Part shown: positions 1 through 12,418 of the stretch, piece after piece
Layout: the number at the start of each line of letters is the position of its first letter
Position numbering within the stretch: position 1 is the stretch's first letter
Source: Octopus bimaculoides
Lineage: Eukaryota
Length of the DNA stretch: 64,000 nt
Assembly: GCF_001194135.2 (NCBI RefSeq)
Contig: NC_068990.1
Location: forward strand, 17,434,149 to 17,498,148
Direction of reading: 5' to 3'
Made by a program: the position numbers and the translations under genes
Notes under the pieces: generated by a model
Databases searched by the model: none
The model's input: the letters and a program-made list of their open reading frames with translations, nothing else
What the model was told of the DNA's origin: nothing

Positions 1-155
1 TATATATATGATGGGCTTCCTTCAGTTTCCATCTACTAAATCCACTCAAAAGGGTTTGGGCGGCCCGAGGCTATGGTAGAAGACATTTACCCAAAGTGCA
101 AGCAGTGGGACTGAACCCGGAACCATGTGGTTGGGAAGCAAGCTCCTTAACACAC

Positions 156-264
156 AGCCACGTCTGCACCTTTATGGCCACACCTGCGCCTATATGGTCA
201 CACCTGTGTCTATATGGCCATGCCTGCACCTATATGGCCACACCTGTGCCTATATAGCCATGCC
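156..264. repeat. Five and a half tandem copies of a 20-mer (ggccacacctgcgcctatat)
   Basis: Units start at 156, 176, 196, 216, 236 and 256, directly at the 5' end of a family A SINE. Confidence 0.9.
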
Positions 265-644
265 AATGATTAAAATATAAGTATTGTACCTGGTATGCTG
301 GTGCATAGCTTAGCACCAGTTCATAATCGTAAGGTCATAAGTTCAATACCTAGCAGTGCACTTGAGCAAAACACTTTATTTCATGGTGTTGCAGTCTGCT
401 CAGCTGGGAGAAATGAGTTGTACCTGTAATTCAAAGGGTCAGCCTTGTCACTTTCTGTGTAATGCTGAATCTCCCTGAGAACTATGTTACGGTTGAATGT
501 GTGTGAGGAATGCTCAGTCACATGTACATTAATTTCACAAGCAGGCAGCTTCATGGATAGAATCAACTAGGGCCCCTGTCATAGTAACTTAAGTTTAAAT
601 ACAGTATTTCTAAGTAACGACACTGCTTGTATAACATAATAAAA

Positions 645-965
645 AGAGCATTCCATCAGTTATGACAATGAGGGTTCCAGCTGATCCGATCAATGGAACA
701 GCCTGCTTGTGAAATTAACGTGCAAGTGGCTGAGCATTCCACAGACACTTATAACCCTAACGTAGTTCAAGAAGATTCAGCGTGACACAGAGTGTGACAA
801 GGCTGGCCCCTTTGAATTACAGGTACAACTCATTTTTGCCAGCTGAGTAGACTGGAGCAATGTGAAATAAAGTGTCTTACTCAAGGACACAACGCATTGC
901 CGGGAATTGAACTCACAACCTTACAGTCATAAGTTGAATGCTCTAACCACTAAGCCATGTGCCTT
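645..965 (-). mobile_element. SINE family C (tRNA head plus V/CORE-like central domain)
   Basis: Minus-strand head ggcacatggcttagtggttagagc, B box gagttcaattcc, gtgtccttgagtaagacactttatttcac. Other copies at 295-575 (+), 36825-37080, 40725-41335 (split), 49450-49580, 54085-54225, 56858-57177. Confidence 0.85.
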
Positions 966-1698
966 TACACAACATAATAGAATAAGCTTAAGCAAAAGTG
1001 AAGTCATTTTTCTTTTGTCTTTATTTTAGTATATTTTTATGCAACAAAATCAAGTTTAGGATAAAATATCAGATAACCTCAGATAGGTTTCTTTTTTCAT
1101 TATAAGTGGGTCAAGGTTAGGGCTAACTTCATAACATCCTTTAGCTCTAGTTGTTTAGCTCTAGTACAACCATAACTGAGTAGACTTATGATCAAAAAAT
1201 ATTCCAACTATGACCATCCTGTCGTCTTTCTTTTTATTAGTTTTCTTTTGGTAGAAATTCCTGGACTATGTTATTTAAAAGGTGTTCTTTTTCTAATGAC
1301 ATTGGAGTTTGATTGAAAGAAATATGGCTATTGTTTTTAGCAGAGTGAGCAACCATATAGAAGCTCATTCATCGTCACATAAAGCAATTTGTTTGGTAAC
1401 ACAGACTGCTGTAAGTGGATATCTATATTTATAACAATTGTAAATATTTTACAATTTTAAGTATGCACATTATAAAATGAATGTTTAAATGTGTACCAAC
1501 AGGTGTTTGCAGGTAACACAACTTAAAAATGAAACAATGTAACTTTGTGGCGCATACATAACTACACATATGTACATACATGTCCACATGCCAAGTGCCT
1601 CCTACTATATACCTTGTCCAACCAAAGCCTTGTGAGTGGATTTGCTTCACAGAAACTGAAAGAATCCTTTCATATATATGTGTGTGTGTGTGTGTGTG

Positions 1699-1897
1699 TA
1701 GGGAGAATTCACGAAAAAACAACAGAAGAAGACAGGTGGTGTAGAAAACAAATAGATATATTAGTATAATGCTCGGAAATTGAAAACATCTTTTGTTTCA
1801 AGCCTACGCTCTTCCACAGAAAGGAACACAGAAAGAAACAAGGAGAGAAAAAAAAATGTGTGTAGTGGACAGCGATCTATCATGGTGAATGCCGGAC
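1699..1897 (-). mobile_element. About 200-bp Penelope-like solo pseudo-LTR element with hammerhead-like motif (copy 1)
   Basis: Reverse-complement homologue of 50719-50925 end to end; between (TG)n and (TA)n; motif at 1790-1824. Confidence 0.6.
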
Positions 1898-3039
1898 ATA
1901 TATACATATATATATATANNNNNNNNNNNNNNNNNNNNNNNNNNNNNNNNNNNNNNNNNNNNNNNNNNNNNNNNNNNNNNNNNNNNNNNNNNNNNNNNNN
2001 NNNNNNNNNNNNNNNNNNNNNNNNNNNNNNNNNNNNNNNNNNNNNNNNNNNNNNNNNNNNNNNNNNNNNNNNNNNNNNNNNNNNNNNNNNNNNNNNNNNN
2101 NNNNNNNNNNNNNNNNNNNNNNNNNNNNNNNNNNNNNNNNNNNNNNNNNNNNNNNNNNNNNNNNNNNNNNNNNNNNNNNNNNNNNNNNNNNNNNNNNNNN
2201 NNNNNNNNNNNNNNNNNNNNNNNNNNNNNNNNNNNNNNNNNNNNNNNNNNNNNNNNNNNNNNNNNNNNNNGGGGGGGGGGGCAGAGAGTCACCTTGACTT
2301 GAGATGGAGTGAACTGTCACTATAATATGTGCTTGGTATTCTACATTGTGCTATATTCTATTATATATTCCACTGTAATTGTACATTATATCAACCCCAG
2401 TACATGACAGCTATTTTATTTTATTAGACCTAGAAAAATGAAAGAGAAAAGTTGGCCTGATAGGATTTGAACTTGAAATCTAAAGAAATAGAGCAAAATA
2501 ACTCCAGGCATTTGGTCCATCAGTCTATTATCTAATTAAAAATATTTTGGTAAAGTTTGTTTTTATCAGCAATCTGTCAGCCTAGTTAAACACCTTAGAT
2601 TGATCAAATCCCCTTCCTCCACCCTACTGGATGTAATTCAAACCTAAATTTCCCACACTTAGCTTAGTTCATAAATTTTTCCTAATCAGGACCATTCATT
2701 TTTGCCTCTTACAGTATCACAAGAACATCTACACAGTCACACACTGTGCTACAAATAACAGTCAAACCTCTCTCAAATTACACTCCTACCATTTTAAAAA
2801 CATGATCAGACACATTAGATAATTGCAGTAGTTTTACTTACATTATGTATGAATAACTGACATAATCTATGTATTAATTCTTTCTGCTTCTTTATCTGTT
2901 TAAATGCCCTCCTATCTCTGCCACTTTAGCTGTCATTGTGGTTAAACATTAAAACCCAAACAGCAATGAAAATGATATTGTCTTGCCAACTGTGTATCAC
3001 ACTCAAGTGTATACACGACCATTTTACGGCATTAGTTGG

Positions 3040-3480
3040 TCCATATTATTCCATAAGGAGCATGGGGCCATGACCATTTCATGCCAGTGACTGCAGTCTT
3101 GCACTACTTTGATTTCCAATCAAGAGAGACTGATTGTTTCCGCCTCATCTTCCACACATCCTTTCCAAGTCTTCCTAGGTTCTCCAACCTTCCTCCTTCC
3201 TTCAGGTTGCCAGTCTAACTCTTGTCTTGTAACACTGCTTGGAAGTCTCCTTAGAGTGTGACCGATCGAGTCCCATTTCCTCTTCAGAATTTCTTGATTG
3301 ATGGGGGTTTGGTTTGTTCTGTCCCACAGACTTCTGTTTGAAATTTTGTCTGGGCACCAGATCCTGAGAATGTAGTGCAAACGTTTGTTGATGAAGGTTT
3401 GTAGCTTATTCTTTACAGCATGATGTTGTGGAATTGTCTGAGTTAAAACCTCTTCATAGACTTGTTGCAATGATGTCATT
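3040..3480 (-). mobile_element. Older RTE-clade LINE 3' coding fragment
   Basis: KLQTFINKRLHYILRIWCPDKISNRSLWDRTNQTPINQEILKRKWDSIGHTLRR...LDWQPEGRRKVG matches the RTE post-RT C-terminal pattern. Confidence 0.85.
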
Positions 3481-5649
3481 TGTTTCTAGTTGGAAACAAG
3501 TAGAGGTTAACAACAGGAAGGAGGACATAGAAAATACTGCACTAACATAATCTTCCCTGACTCATGCAACTGTGAAAATGTGCACATATAAAACAAAGAT
3601 GATGGCAATGGTGGTGGTGTTGGTGTTGGTGGTGGTGGTTTAAGGGGAAATTTGGCTGCTGCTATTTTTAGCAGATCGAGAGAATATGTAGAGTAGGGGT
3701 GGGGGAACACCTTCCCAACAATGAAATTTGAAACCACGCTCTAATGAAGTCTCTTTAAAACTCATATGCAAAAGGATAAAAAAGCCAAAACAAGTTTCAG
3801 CCTTAAAAACCAGAACAGTAATTTAATGGCAGTTGCATAGCTATGAATTTATAAAATTATGAACTCATTACTATTTTCTCAAGCATAGATATGCCCCCGT
3901 GGGTTCTTATACACTTGCAGTTCCACTCCCTTGAAATACTGGCTCCCTTTTGTTGGCTGGTTCTATAAGCAATTGAAATATATGGCTTCTATATATTGTG
4001 CTTTCAAAAGTCTCTTGGGGTGATGGAGGTGGATAAAGAGAACATGAATCCAGCAATTTCTCCCTTCTTTCCACCCTCTTACCCATCCTCATCATTCTAA
4101 TTTTGCTCCCCCCACCTCTGTTTTCATGCCTAATTAACAAATCATTAAGCTGTTGTTAACATCAGTTCTATAAATAACTTCAACACAAATAAAAAGCTGT
4201 TTCTATTAAAAAAAAATATTTGATAATTTTTTTTGCTTTATCAAGTTACATTCATTGGGTTATGGCCATGCTGTAGCACAGCCTTCAGAGGATTTGTTTC
4301 TGTTAGTAATATTGATTCCAGTACTTTCTTTCATACTTGTTTTATTGATTTCTTAGAGAGAATAAAAGGCAAAGTTGACCTGATTTAAAGGGACATAAAT
4401 GTATCATAAATACCACAAGGTATTTTTTATTTCATGCAGTCTACTATCACCTACCAGTATGTGTGTGTGTGTGTGTGTGTGCATGCATGTGCATGTGTGT
4501 TTGTGTGTGTACACATGTAAAACATATATATGCGCACATACACACATGTATATGTGTGTGTGATATATGGTATACTATATATATGAGGGTTGGTGAGAGT
4601 AAGAACATCCTGAGGCCATAGAAAATCTACCTCAATGATTTTTGTCTAACCCATGCAAGCAAGAAAAATTAGACATAAAAACAATGATGATGATAATGAT
4701 ATTAAAGTCATAGATATTTTATTAAACCCCTTAAAAATCATGATTATATTCAAATTTAATTGGGACAAAAAAAAAACTTCAGTGATCTTCATTAGAGATA
4801 TAGCTGTGAAAGTGTTAATATTGTCCTAAAAATTAAAACAATAATAATGAGTAGCACATGTCATCCATGGGACAGTTTAACTCCACTATCTGGATGTTGG
4901 GTATTTTATCAGTGTCCATTGAAGGCCAAGTCTCCAGTCTGCGGAGAACATTCTCCCTTCACCCTCTCTATAAAGAGTCAAGTGTGTTTGTTGCTTCAGC
5001 TCCTCTCAATAAGCAGTTTAGAAAAGAAGAAGAAGAAAAATCCTAAATTTCAGGACAATATTCCCATTGTAAAGAGGCTAGGAATGGCTGACAACCTATT
5101 TCCTTATTCTAAACATAAACAAAAACGTCATTCTAATCCTACATGGTTTAACTTACCCTGGAGAGAATGAACAGCTGCTATTGCTAAAAATGTCATACAT
5201 TTTTACATCTAAATAATCTTGAGTATATATATATTGTTATTACCCATCTAACAAGGGTAATAATAATAATAATATTATTTGTTGTTAATATTGATAAATG
5301 TCTTTATTTGCCACAAGGGAGATTACGGAGGAACATGACAAGGACAGAGTTAGGTTAACAGTGGGAGTTTACAGAGAATAAAGTGAGAAAAACAGACTTG
5401 AAGAAACAACAATATCCAAAGAAACAGCAGTAATAACAAATATTTATTTCTAATAATAATAATGTTATTAATGATAATCCTTTCTACTAAAGGCACAAGA
5501 CCTGAAATTTGATGGGAGGGGACTGGTTGATTACATTGACCCCAGTGCTTGACTGGTACTTGTTTTGTTGACCCTGAAAGGACGAAGGGCAAAGTTGACC
5601 TCAGAAAGCAAATGCCACTTTTGCGAACGACTGCCAGCTCACCGCCTTA

Positions 5650-5666
5650 ATAATAATAATAACAAC

Positions 5667-5731
<65 letters not shown>
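5650..5731. repeat. (AAT)n microsatellite; others include (TAC)n(TAT)n 13120-13185, (CAT)n(CAG)n 59890-59978, a GA-rich tract 17330-17660 and very many (TA)n/(CA)n
   Basis: Directly visible in the sequence. Confidence 0.95.
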
Positions 5732-5733
<2 letters not shown>

Positions 5734-5950
5734 GTCTTAAATTTTGCCACAAGGGCAGGAGTTTTGGAGGAGGGGATGAGTCAATTACATCAGCCCCCAG
5801 TGCTCAACTGGTACTTATTCTATCAACCCCAAAAGTATGAAAGGCAAAGTCAACCTTGGCAGAATTTGAACTCAGAACATAGTGCAGATGAAATACTGCT
5901 AAGCATTTTACCTGGCATTCTAATGATTCTGCCAGCTCACTATAATAAGA

Positions 5951-5982
<32 letters not shown>

Positions 5983-6684
5983 TTCTTACATAAGCACAAA
6001 GCTGGAAATCTGGAAGGGGCAGAATTTGTTAATTAAATTGACCTTGACTGATACTTTAATTTATCAACCCACAAAGTGATAAAAAGTGAAGTTAACCACA
6101 GAAGGATTTGAACTCAGAACACTAACATCATTTGTCTTCCTTACTGGCATGGGATAGATGGTTCAACAGGATACGGCAAAGATATGGCAATGTTTACTTT
6201 GGTGAGATTTCTACTGCTGGATACCCTTCATAATACCAACCACTTGAAAGAGTATACTAGTTGCTTTTTCTCATGGTACCAGCACTAACTAGTGAGGTCA
6301 CCAAATAACAAACAAGACAACACCCTTAGACAGAGTGGGATTGCAAGATTGAAGGAGGTGGCTTAGTGCCAAGTGTAAAGAAGCAAACGTAGGAAAAAGA
6401 GCCAAGAACAGCTGGAACATATACTACAAGATATTTTATTCAAAGCTCTAACAACTGCAATATCATTGCTTAAAAATTCTTCCTCCATCTGTCCCACAGT
6501 TCTGCTCACTAAAACATACCAAGGTGATCCATAACATTATTAATCAATGAGAAATTTTTCTGCATTTCATGACATCTGTACAGGCAGACAGCTAGAGATA
6601 TCTGTGGATCTCCATTGATGGTATTCAAGAAGCAGCTATGAGGAATGCAAATTTAATATCATCATCATCATTCTAGCATCTTAC

Positions 6685-6905
6685 CTATTGATGCTTGAAT
6701 GGCTCAGACAAGAATATACACGAATAGAGATTTCTCTGGTGTCAACATTTCCCAGGTGCCAGGTGAGGTAATAATCCCTTATTTTGTGGAACAACAGCTC
6801 AGAGAATTGAAAACAAATAGCAGTGTTTGAATGAGCCTTTTGATTACAAAGATCATGCAACGAATCAAGACATGACAAGAAGCCTGAATATGTTTTCATA
6901 GTGTG
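6685..6905 (-). CDS. Internal exon of minus-strand host gene: HTMKTYSGFLSCLDSLHDLCNQKAHSNTAICFQFSELLFHKIRDYYLTWHLGNVDTREISIRVYSCLSHSSIN(R)
   Basis: Acceptor tttacttacag| and donor AG|gtaaga bracket 221 nt of non-repetitive sequence open in only one frame (phase 0 to 2). Confidence 0.7.
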
Positions 6906-7949
6906 CTGTAAGTAAATGACATCATCTGTGTGAAGTGAGACCTTTGTTTACTATCAGTGAACACATGTGAGAGGGAAATATAAACTCATTCAACACACAC
7001 ACACACACAATATATATGATGGGCTTTTTTTTTCTGTCAACCAAATCACAAGGTTGGCCTAGGGTTATAGTAAAAGACGTTTACCCAAAGTGCCACACAG
7101 TGGGATTCAACCAGAAACCATGTGGTTGGGAAGTGCACTTCTTAACCACATAGCCATGCCAGGCACATCAACGTTTAACTAAAAAATAAGTTAATTCTTA
7201 AAAGAAATAGCTACAAACAACAAAATTCCCTCGAAAATCTAATATTAAGAAATAAATATATTAAAAAATAAATAAAAGAAATTTTAGCCCCTGAAACAGA
7301 AAAAGTAAAAAACAAAATAAAATAATTCACCAATAAAATTTTGGGGGTTTAATTGAGTGAAACTGATCCCTCTGAAGTTTGACTGATAATCCTTAACACA
7401 TGATGGAGATTACAGCTTCTTTAACCCTTTAACATTATAGCCCCCATCTTCTTCCTGTTGTTAGTTAATGAAATAACCTTATCCTAAAATCCAGCTGGAT
7501 TTTAGGGTATGGTATAGTAGACTTCATACAGTAGATTGGTAGAGTCATTAGAGCATCACTTTAGCTCTGACACTTGACACTAAGAGTTCAAATCCCACTA
7601 GGGTCCACTTTGACTTTCATCCTTTAGAGGGACAATAAAAAAGCACCAATCCAGAGCAATGGATTGGTAAAACTGTAAGAACATTACACCAGATGCTTTG
7701 CAGTATTTGTTCGAGCTCTTAGGGTTCTGAGTTCAAATCCTGCCATGGCCTACATGGAGGGTAGACATACTCCATTGCCTGGTTTAAAACACCAGTAGCT
7801 AGCATCTTTGGTGTCTTTAGTAGCATCCAATCTGTTGAAAAAATTTAGGTTAAATTTTCTGGTTTGAAAGTACCTCCCTCTCTCCTGCTAATCTCAAAGA
7901 CCCAATAACAGGTCATGAACACTGCATTCACTCCTAACTAAGCACATAC

Positions 7950-8050
7950 ATATAAAAAATAAACTCTCTGCACATTTGTGCAAACTCTGCTCTGAAACTT
8001 AATGCTTGCATACACATATCGAATTCCTTTCACTATATCTATATTACTCT
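7950..8050 (-). CDS. Candidate exon: SNIDIVKGIRYVYASIKFQSRVCTNVQRVYFLY
   Basis: Acceptor gttgtatttcag|, donor TAT|gtatgt; 101 nt, single open frame, phase 1 to 0, joins in frame to exon 6905. Confidence 0.55.
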
Positions 8051-8815
8051 CTGAAATACAACAACAGCATTGACCCAGTATTTTACACACAATGCTGTGT
8101 CTTCTTTACTATACAGTGTTGGCGCCTTCCGAGTCAATACTCAACTTGCTAAAAATAGCAGTTCTGGTTGCCTCAAATTACACTTTGTCAGCTTAGAAAA
8201 AACATCATGACACATTCAATAATGTATATCCAGTTGCATTTTGTTTAGGAAAAAGAAAAAAAAAGATAAAATGGTTACAACTGGAATATCTTTGGTCAGC
8301 TTGATCTAAATTCATTAGAGAATGCACAAAAGTGTCATTGCAGTATTTTTACATCACGTAAACGCCCTTCATGTACATAATCTGTGTAGTTGTTTTGGCA
8401 TTCGGCAGTTTTCCATGCCTCCATATGTCAGATGGAATTGATGGAGGGAGGTTTTCTGCTGTGAGATGCCCTTCCTGTCACCAACCCTCACCTGCTTCCA
8501 AGCAAAGAAATTACCTCAATGAGTCTATCAAACAACAAACAACGTGGATACAGTTGAAATTTCAGGCCTTGTGCCTATATTAGAAAGGGTTATTTATTTA
8601 AATCTTCTTGTATTCTGCAGTGCCATCTGTTAGTTAATACACATGCTGTTCCTTCATATTTTTCAGTCTTTTTTATTATTTTTTATTGTTGAATTTTTAC
8701 ATTATTTCAATCTCAGAACAATTTCATTTCATCTCTCTAACCTTGTCATGTGAATATTATAGTGACCTCTTGCAAAAGCTCATTCTTGTTTACATATTGC
8801 TAAGCATTGTCAAAC

Positions 8816-8863
8816 CTTTTAATGTGTATATATATTCATGCATATGAATGAGAAATTGCATAT
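8816..8863 (-). CDS. Candidate exon: MQFLIHMHEYIYTLK
   Basis: Acceptor ctcactccaacag|, moderate donor AAG|gtttga; 48 nt, phase 1 to 1, compatible with exon 8050 (G+AG = Glu). Confidence 0.45.
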
Positions 8864-9282
8864 CTGTTGGAGTGAGTGTGTGTATGTATATATAATTGTG
8901 TATCATAGACAAATGTATGCAAAAACCTTGTTATGTTATGTTTCAAATATCATCAAGCTAACAATGTGAATGTCAGTTATTTTACTAAATACTTCCAAAT
9001 TATCATTATTTTCAAAATTCCTCGTAATACACAAATAGTGAATTTGTTTAGAAAAATGGTAAGGAAAGGGTAAAGATGGAGTAAATAGAGGAGGGGTGGG
9101 TCACAATAACACATAAAGACAGAATCTAAAAACAATCTCATGAAACCTAATAATTTTGTGTGGGATTTCTTTTTTGTTTCTTTCATAAGTTAAGTCCTAA
9201 GTTTACGAACAGATTTCAGATAACAAATATCTAAAATCTAATTAAACAAAATTACTTATGAGGAATAGCTTTCATAAGTTAC

Positions 9283-9357
9283 GTAACATGAGAAAGTATA
9301 TATAAACATGTTGCCATGTGGTCTAGAATAATAAAAAGACCAGTTAAGAGTGGCAAG
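9283..9357 (-). CDS. Candidate exon: (C)LPLLTGLFIILDHMATCLYILSHV, or in the alternative frame LATLNWSFYYSRPHGNMFIYTFSCY
   Basis: Strong acceptor ttttgttttctttttag|, donor AC|gtaact; 75 nt with two open frames. The phase-2 frame fits exon 14449 upstream but not exon 8863 downstream, so an exon may be missing. Confidence 0.45.
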
Positions 9358-10082
9358 CTAAAAAGAAAACAAAATAATTGTAAATGCTAATATAAAAAAA
9401 AATACAAATTTGTCAGTGGTTTGTATAAAGATAAAAATATTTATCCAAGAAAGTATTTGTTTTACTTTAATATACTCATAGAAAAAAATGGCAAGAAATT
9501 GAGAATGGTAGAAAGAGTGCTGAGTCATACTAAAGTACTTGCAACATTTATAGTATTTTATATCTTAGAACAGCACATCATGAAGGAAATGATTCAGACT
9601 CACCAGTGACAAGATGTTAGGTTAAAGAAGACTTGTCAAACCAATTTAAACCTGGGAAAATAGATATATGATGATGATGATGTATGAGACAGAATCTTAT
9701 AAAGGAGCAACTTTGCCATTCAACTGTTTGTAAGTGAATTAGATATTGGTTTCAAAGTTTAGCACAAGGCCAGCCTTTGTGGGGAAGGAGTTAAGTCGAT
9801 TACATTGACCTTAGTGTTCAACTGGTACTTGTTTTATCAACTCTGAAAGATTGAAAGGCAATGCTAACCTCAGCAGAATTTGAACTCAGAACATAAAGAC
9901 AGGAGACACACACACACCCACACCCACATTTTGCCTTGCATGCTAACAATTCGGCCAGCTTGCCACTTTAGGTGAATTAAACATTAAATACCAGTAATAA
10001 ACCAGGACCAATTCAATTGATTACAATACACCAATCTCCCAAATTATTGAACTTCTGCCTAATCAAATGAAAGAACTATTTG

Positions 10083-10115
<33 letters not shown>

Positions 10116-10139
10116 TGTAATTATATAAATAAAAATAAT

Positions 10140-10390
10140 AAATGCGCCCTTTTAAAGCCTAGCCAAGCTCATGGGCCCGGTTTCCCGGTTTCAATGGCGT
10201 ATGTGTTCCCCAGCTAGACGGGACGCCAGTCCATCGCAGCGTTACTTATTTTTGCCAGCTGAGTGAACTGGAGCAACGTGAAATGAAGTGTTTTGCTCAA
10301 GAACACAACACGTCACCCGGTCCAGGAATCGAGACCACAATCTTACGATCATGATGCTGACACCCTAATCACTAAGCCATGCGCCTCCAC
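10140..10390 (-). mobile_element. SINE family C variant with a different 3' tail
   Basis: Family C head and central domain followed by gcgatggactggcgtcccgtc...gaaaccgggaaaccgggcccatgagc...aaaagggcgc. Confidence 0.8.
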
Positions 10391-11022
10391 ATGTAATTAT
10401 ATACATATATGTGATTATAAGATCCAGAGGTCAAAGTGTAGGAAGTTTGTAAGCTCCAAGTAGTCTGTGGTAGATATAAAAAACAATGTTGAGGAACAAT
10501 AATAATTTATTGCCAAGGGTTGTAGGTTTTTCCCATATCAACATTCAATAAGCTGAAAGTTTTTTTTATAGCTAACGACTAGCAACTTGTAGCCTGAATT
10601 TTATCTGCTCCACTCCCTCAATTAAGATATATTTAGGGTAACCTCATAAGCTGGCCTTCATCAGAAAAAAAAAATATATATAAGATATATATATTTTAGG
10701 TGCAGTCCGACAGCATGGCACCTTGAGCAGACTCAAGATAACCAAAGCTGTGGTAGACAGAAACTGAAATAAGTCCATCGTATGTGTATATCTGTATCTG
10801 AGTGGCTGAGTTCCTTTTGAGTCTTGGGCCTCATGGAGGCCAAACACACACTCATAAATATGTACATATATTTACATATATACGATGGGCTTCTTTCAGT
10901 TTCTGTCTACTAAATCCACTCACTCAGTCTGAGGCTATAGCAGAAGACACTTGCCCAAGGTGCCATAGAGTGGGACTGAACCCAGAACCATGTGGTTGGG
11001 AAGCAAGCTTCTTACCACACAG

Positions 11023-11080
<58 letters not shown>

Positions 11081-11131
11081 CATACATATACATACTCACA
11101 TTTATACACACACATACACACATTTATACAT

Positions 11132-11170
<39 letters not shown>

Positions 11171-11288
11171 CATACATACACATATACACAAATATATACA
11201 CATGTATATTCATATATGTGCATGTATGTTTGTGTGTGTGTGTAAGTCTATATATACACACAAACATGTACATATACATAGATATGTG

Positions 11289-11330
<42 letters not shown>

Positions 11331-12009
11331 TTTCTTTATATATGAGATAAGCCAGGATTACATTCCCAGACCTTGTTTTTTTTAACAAGCTGAGTGTAAG
11401 ACCAATCAAATAAAACACTAATCCAGGTATGTAATTCTTGTTTATCTCACATAAAATGAACCGTATACATGCACACACCCATACATATATATATAGATAG
11501 ATAGATACATACATACATATAGATATATGTGTTGATATATAAAAGTAAGATAAGGCTTAACAAAATATGGCAGCCACTGGCAGCCAACCATGATTTGGTA
11601 TCAGCACAGCATGCAAGATGTCTTTCCCTAATCTTCTTCAGAGCAGGCACTGACCTCCCTCTCGACCCTACCACCCAGTGGAGTATCCAAGATGATAAAT
11701 GGAGAGAAAGAGGGTGGAGGTGAGGGTTGTACCCAGTACTTGACTGATACTTTATTCATTATCGACCTCTCTCCTCTCCACCAAAAGAATGAAACACAAA
11801 ACTGACTTTAGCACAGTTTGAACTCAGAATGCAGAGAACAGGAACAAATACAGCAAAGCCCAACAAAAGATTAGCTAAAAATTTGAAAGAAATTAACAGA
11901 ATTTAGATGAGGCACAAGCAAATCCAATCTAATTTTGGTGAGAACTCGAAGACTTAAACATCATAACTAAATACCACAAAATTCTTTGTTGCATTCAAAG
12001 AAATATCTT

Positions 12010-12418
12010 TTTATCTTTTATGTTTTACTTGTTTCAGTCATTAGACTGTGGCCATACTAGGGCATTGCCTTGAAGAATTTTCAATCAAATGAATCAACTT
12101 CATTACTTATATATTTTTTTCTAAGTCTGGTACTTATTCTATTGGTTCTCTTTTGTTGAACCACTAAGTTATGGGAATGTCACACAAACCAACACTGGTT
12201 GTCAAGCAGTAGTGGGGAAGAAAGACTGACACAAAGACACACACACACATATATAAAAACATGCTCAGCAGTCTTCTTTCAGTTTCCATTAAGCAAATCC
12301 ACTTACAAGGCTTTGGTCAGCCCAGATGCTGTCACAGAAGACATTTGTTCAAAGTGCCACATCGGAACTGAACTCAAGACCATATAGTTGGTAAGCAAAC
12401 TTCTTAACCACACAACCA
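12010..12418 (-). mobile_element. Full-length, older SINE family A
   Basis: Same head, core, microsatellite and tail modules, more diverged. Confidence 0.8.

Noticed and set aside
1780-2325. Long ORFs spanning N runs (also 19467-20325, 27376-28091, 29598-29909, 44360-44953, 51717-52103, 63275-63997)
   Set aside because: Open only because N codons contain no stops. The real RTE part at 20200-20529 is annotated separately.
3660-3737. FPHPYSTYSLDL resembling the mariner HPPYSPDL motif
   Set aside because: It overlaps the family D repeat end and there are no other transposase motifs nearby.
5159-5185. Possible 27-nt exon before a strong gtaagt donor on the minus strand
   Set aside because: Frame and acceptor are ambiguous, with two open readings; cannot be supported without RNA data.
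10802-11321. ORFs rich in YI, HT, CV or RE dipeptides here and throughout the window
   Set aside because: Translations of dinucleotide microsatellites.
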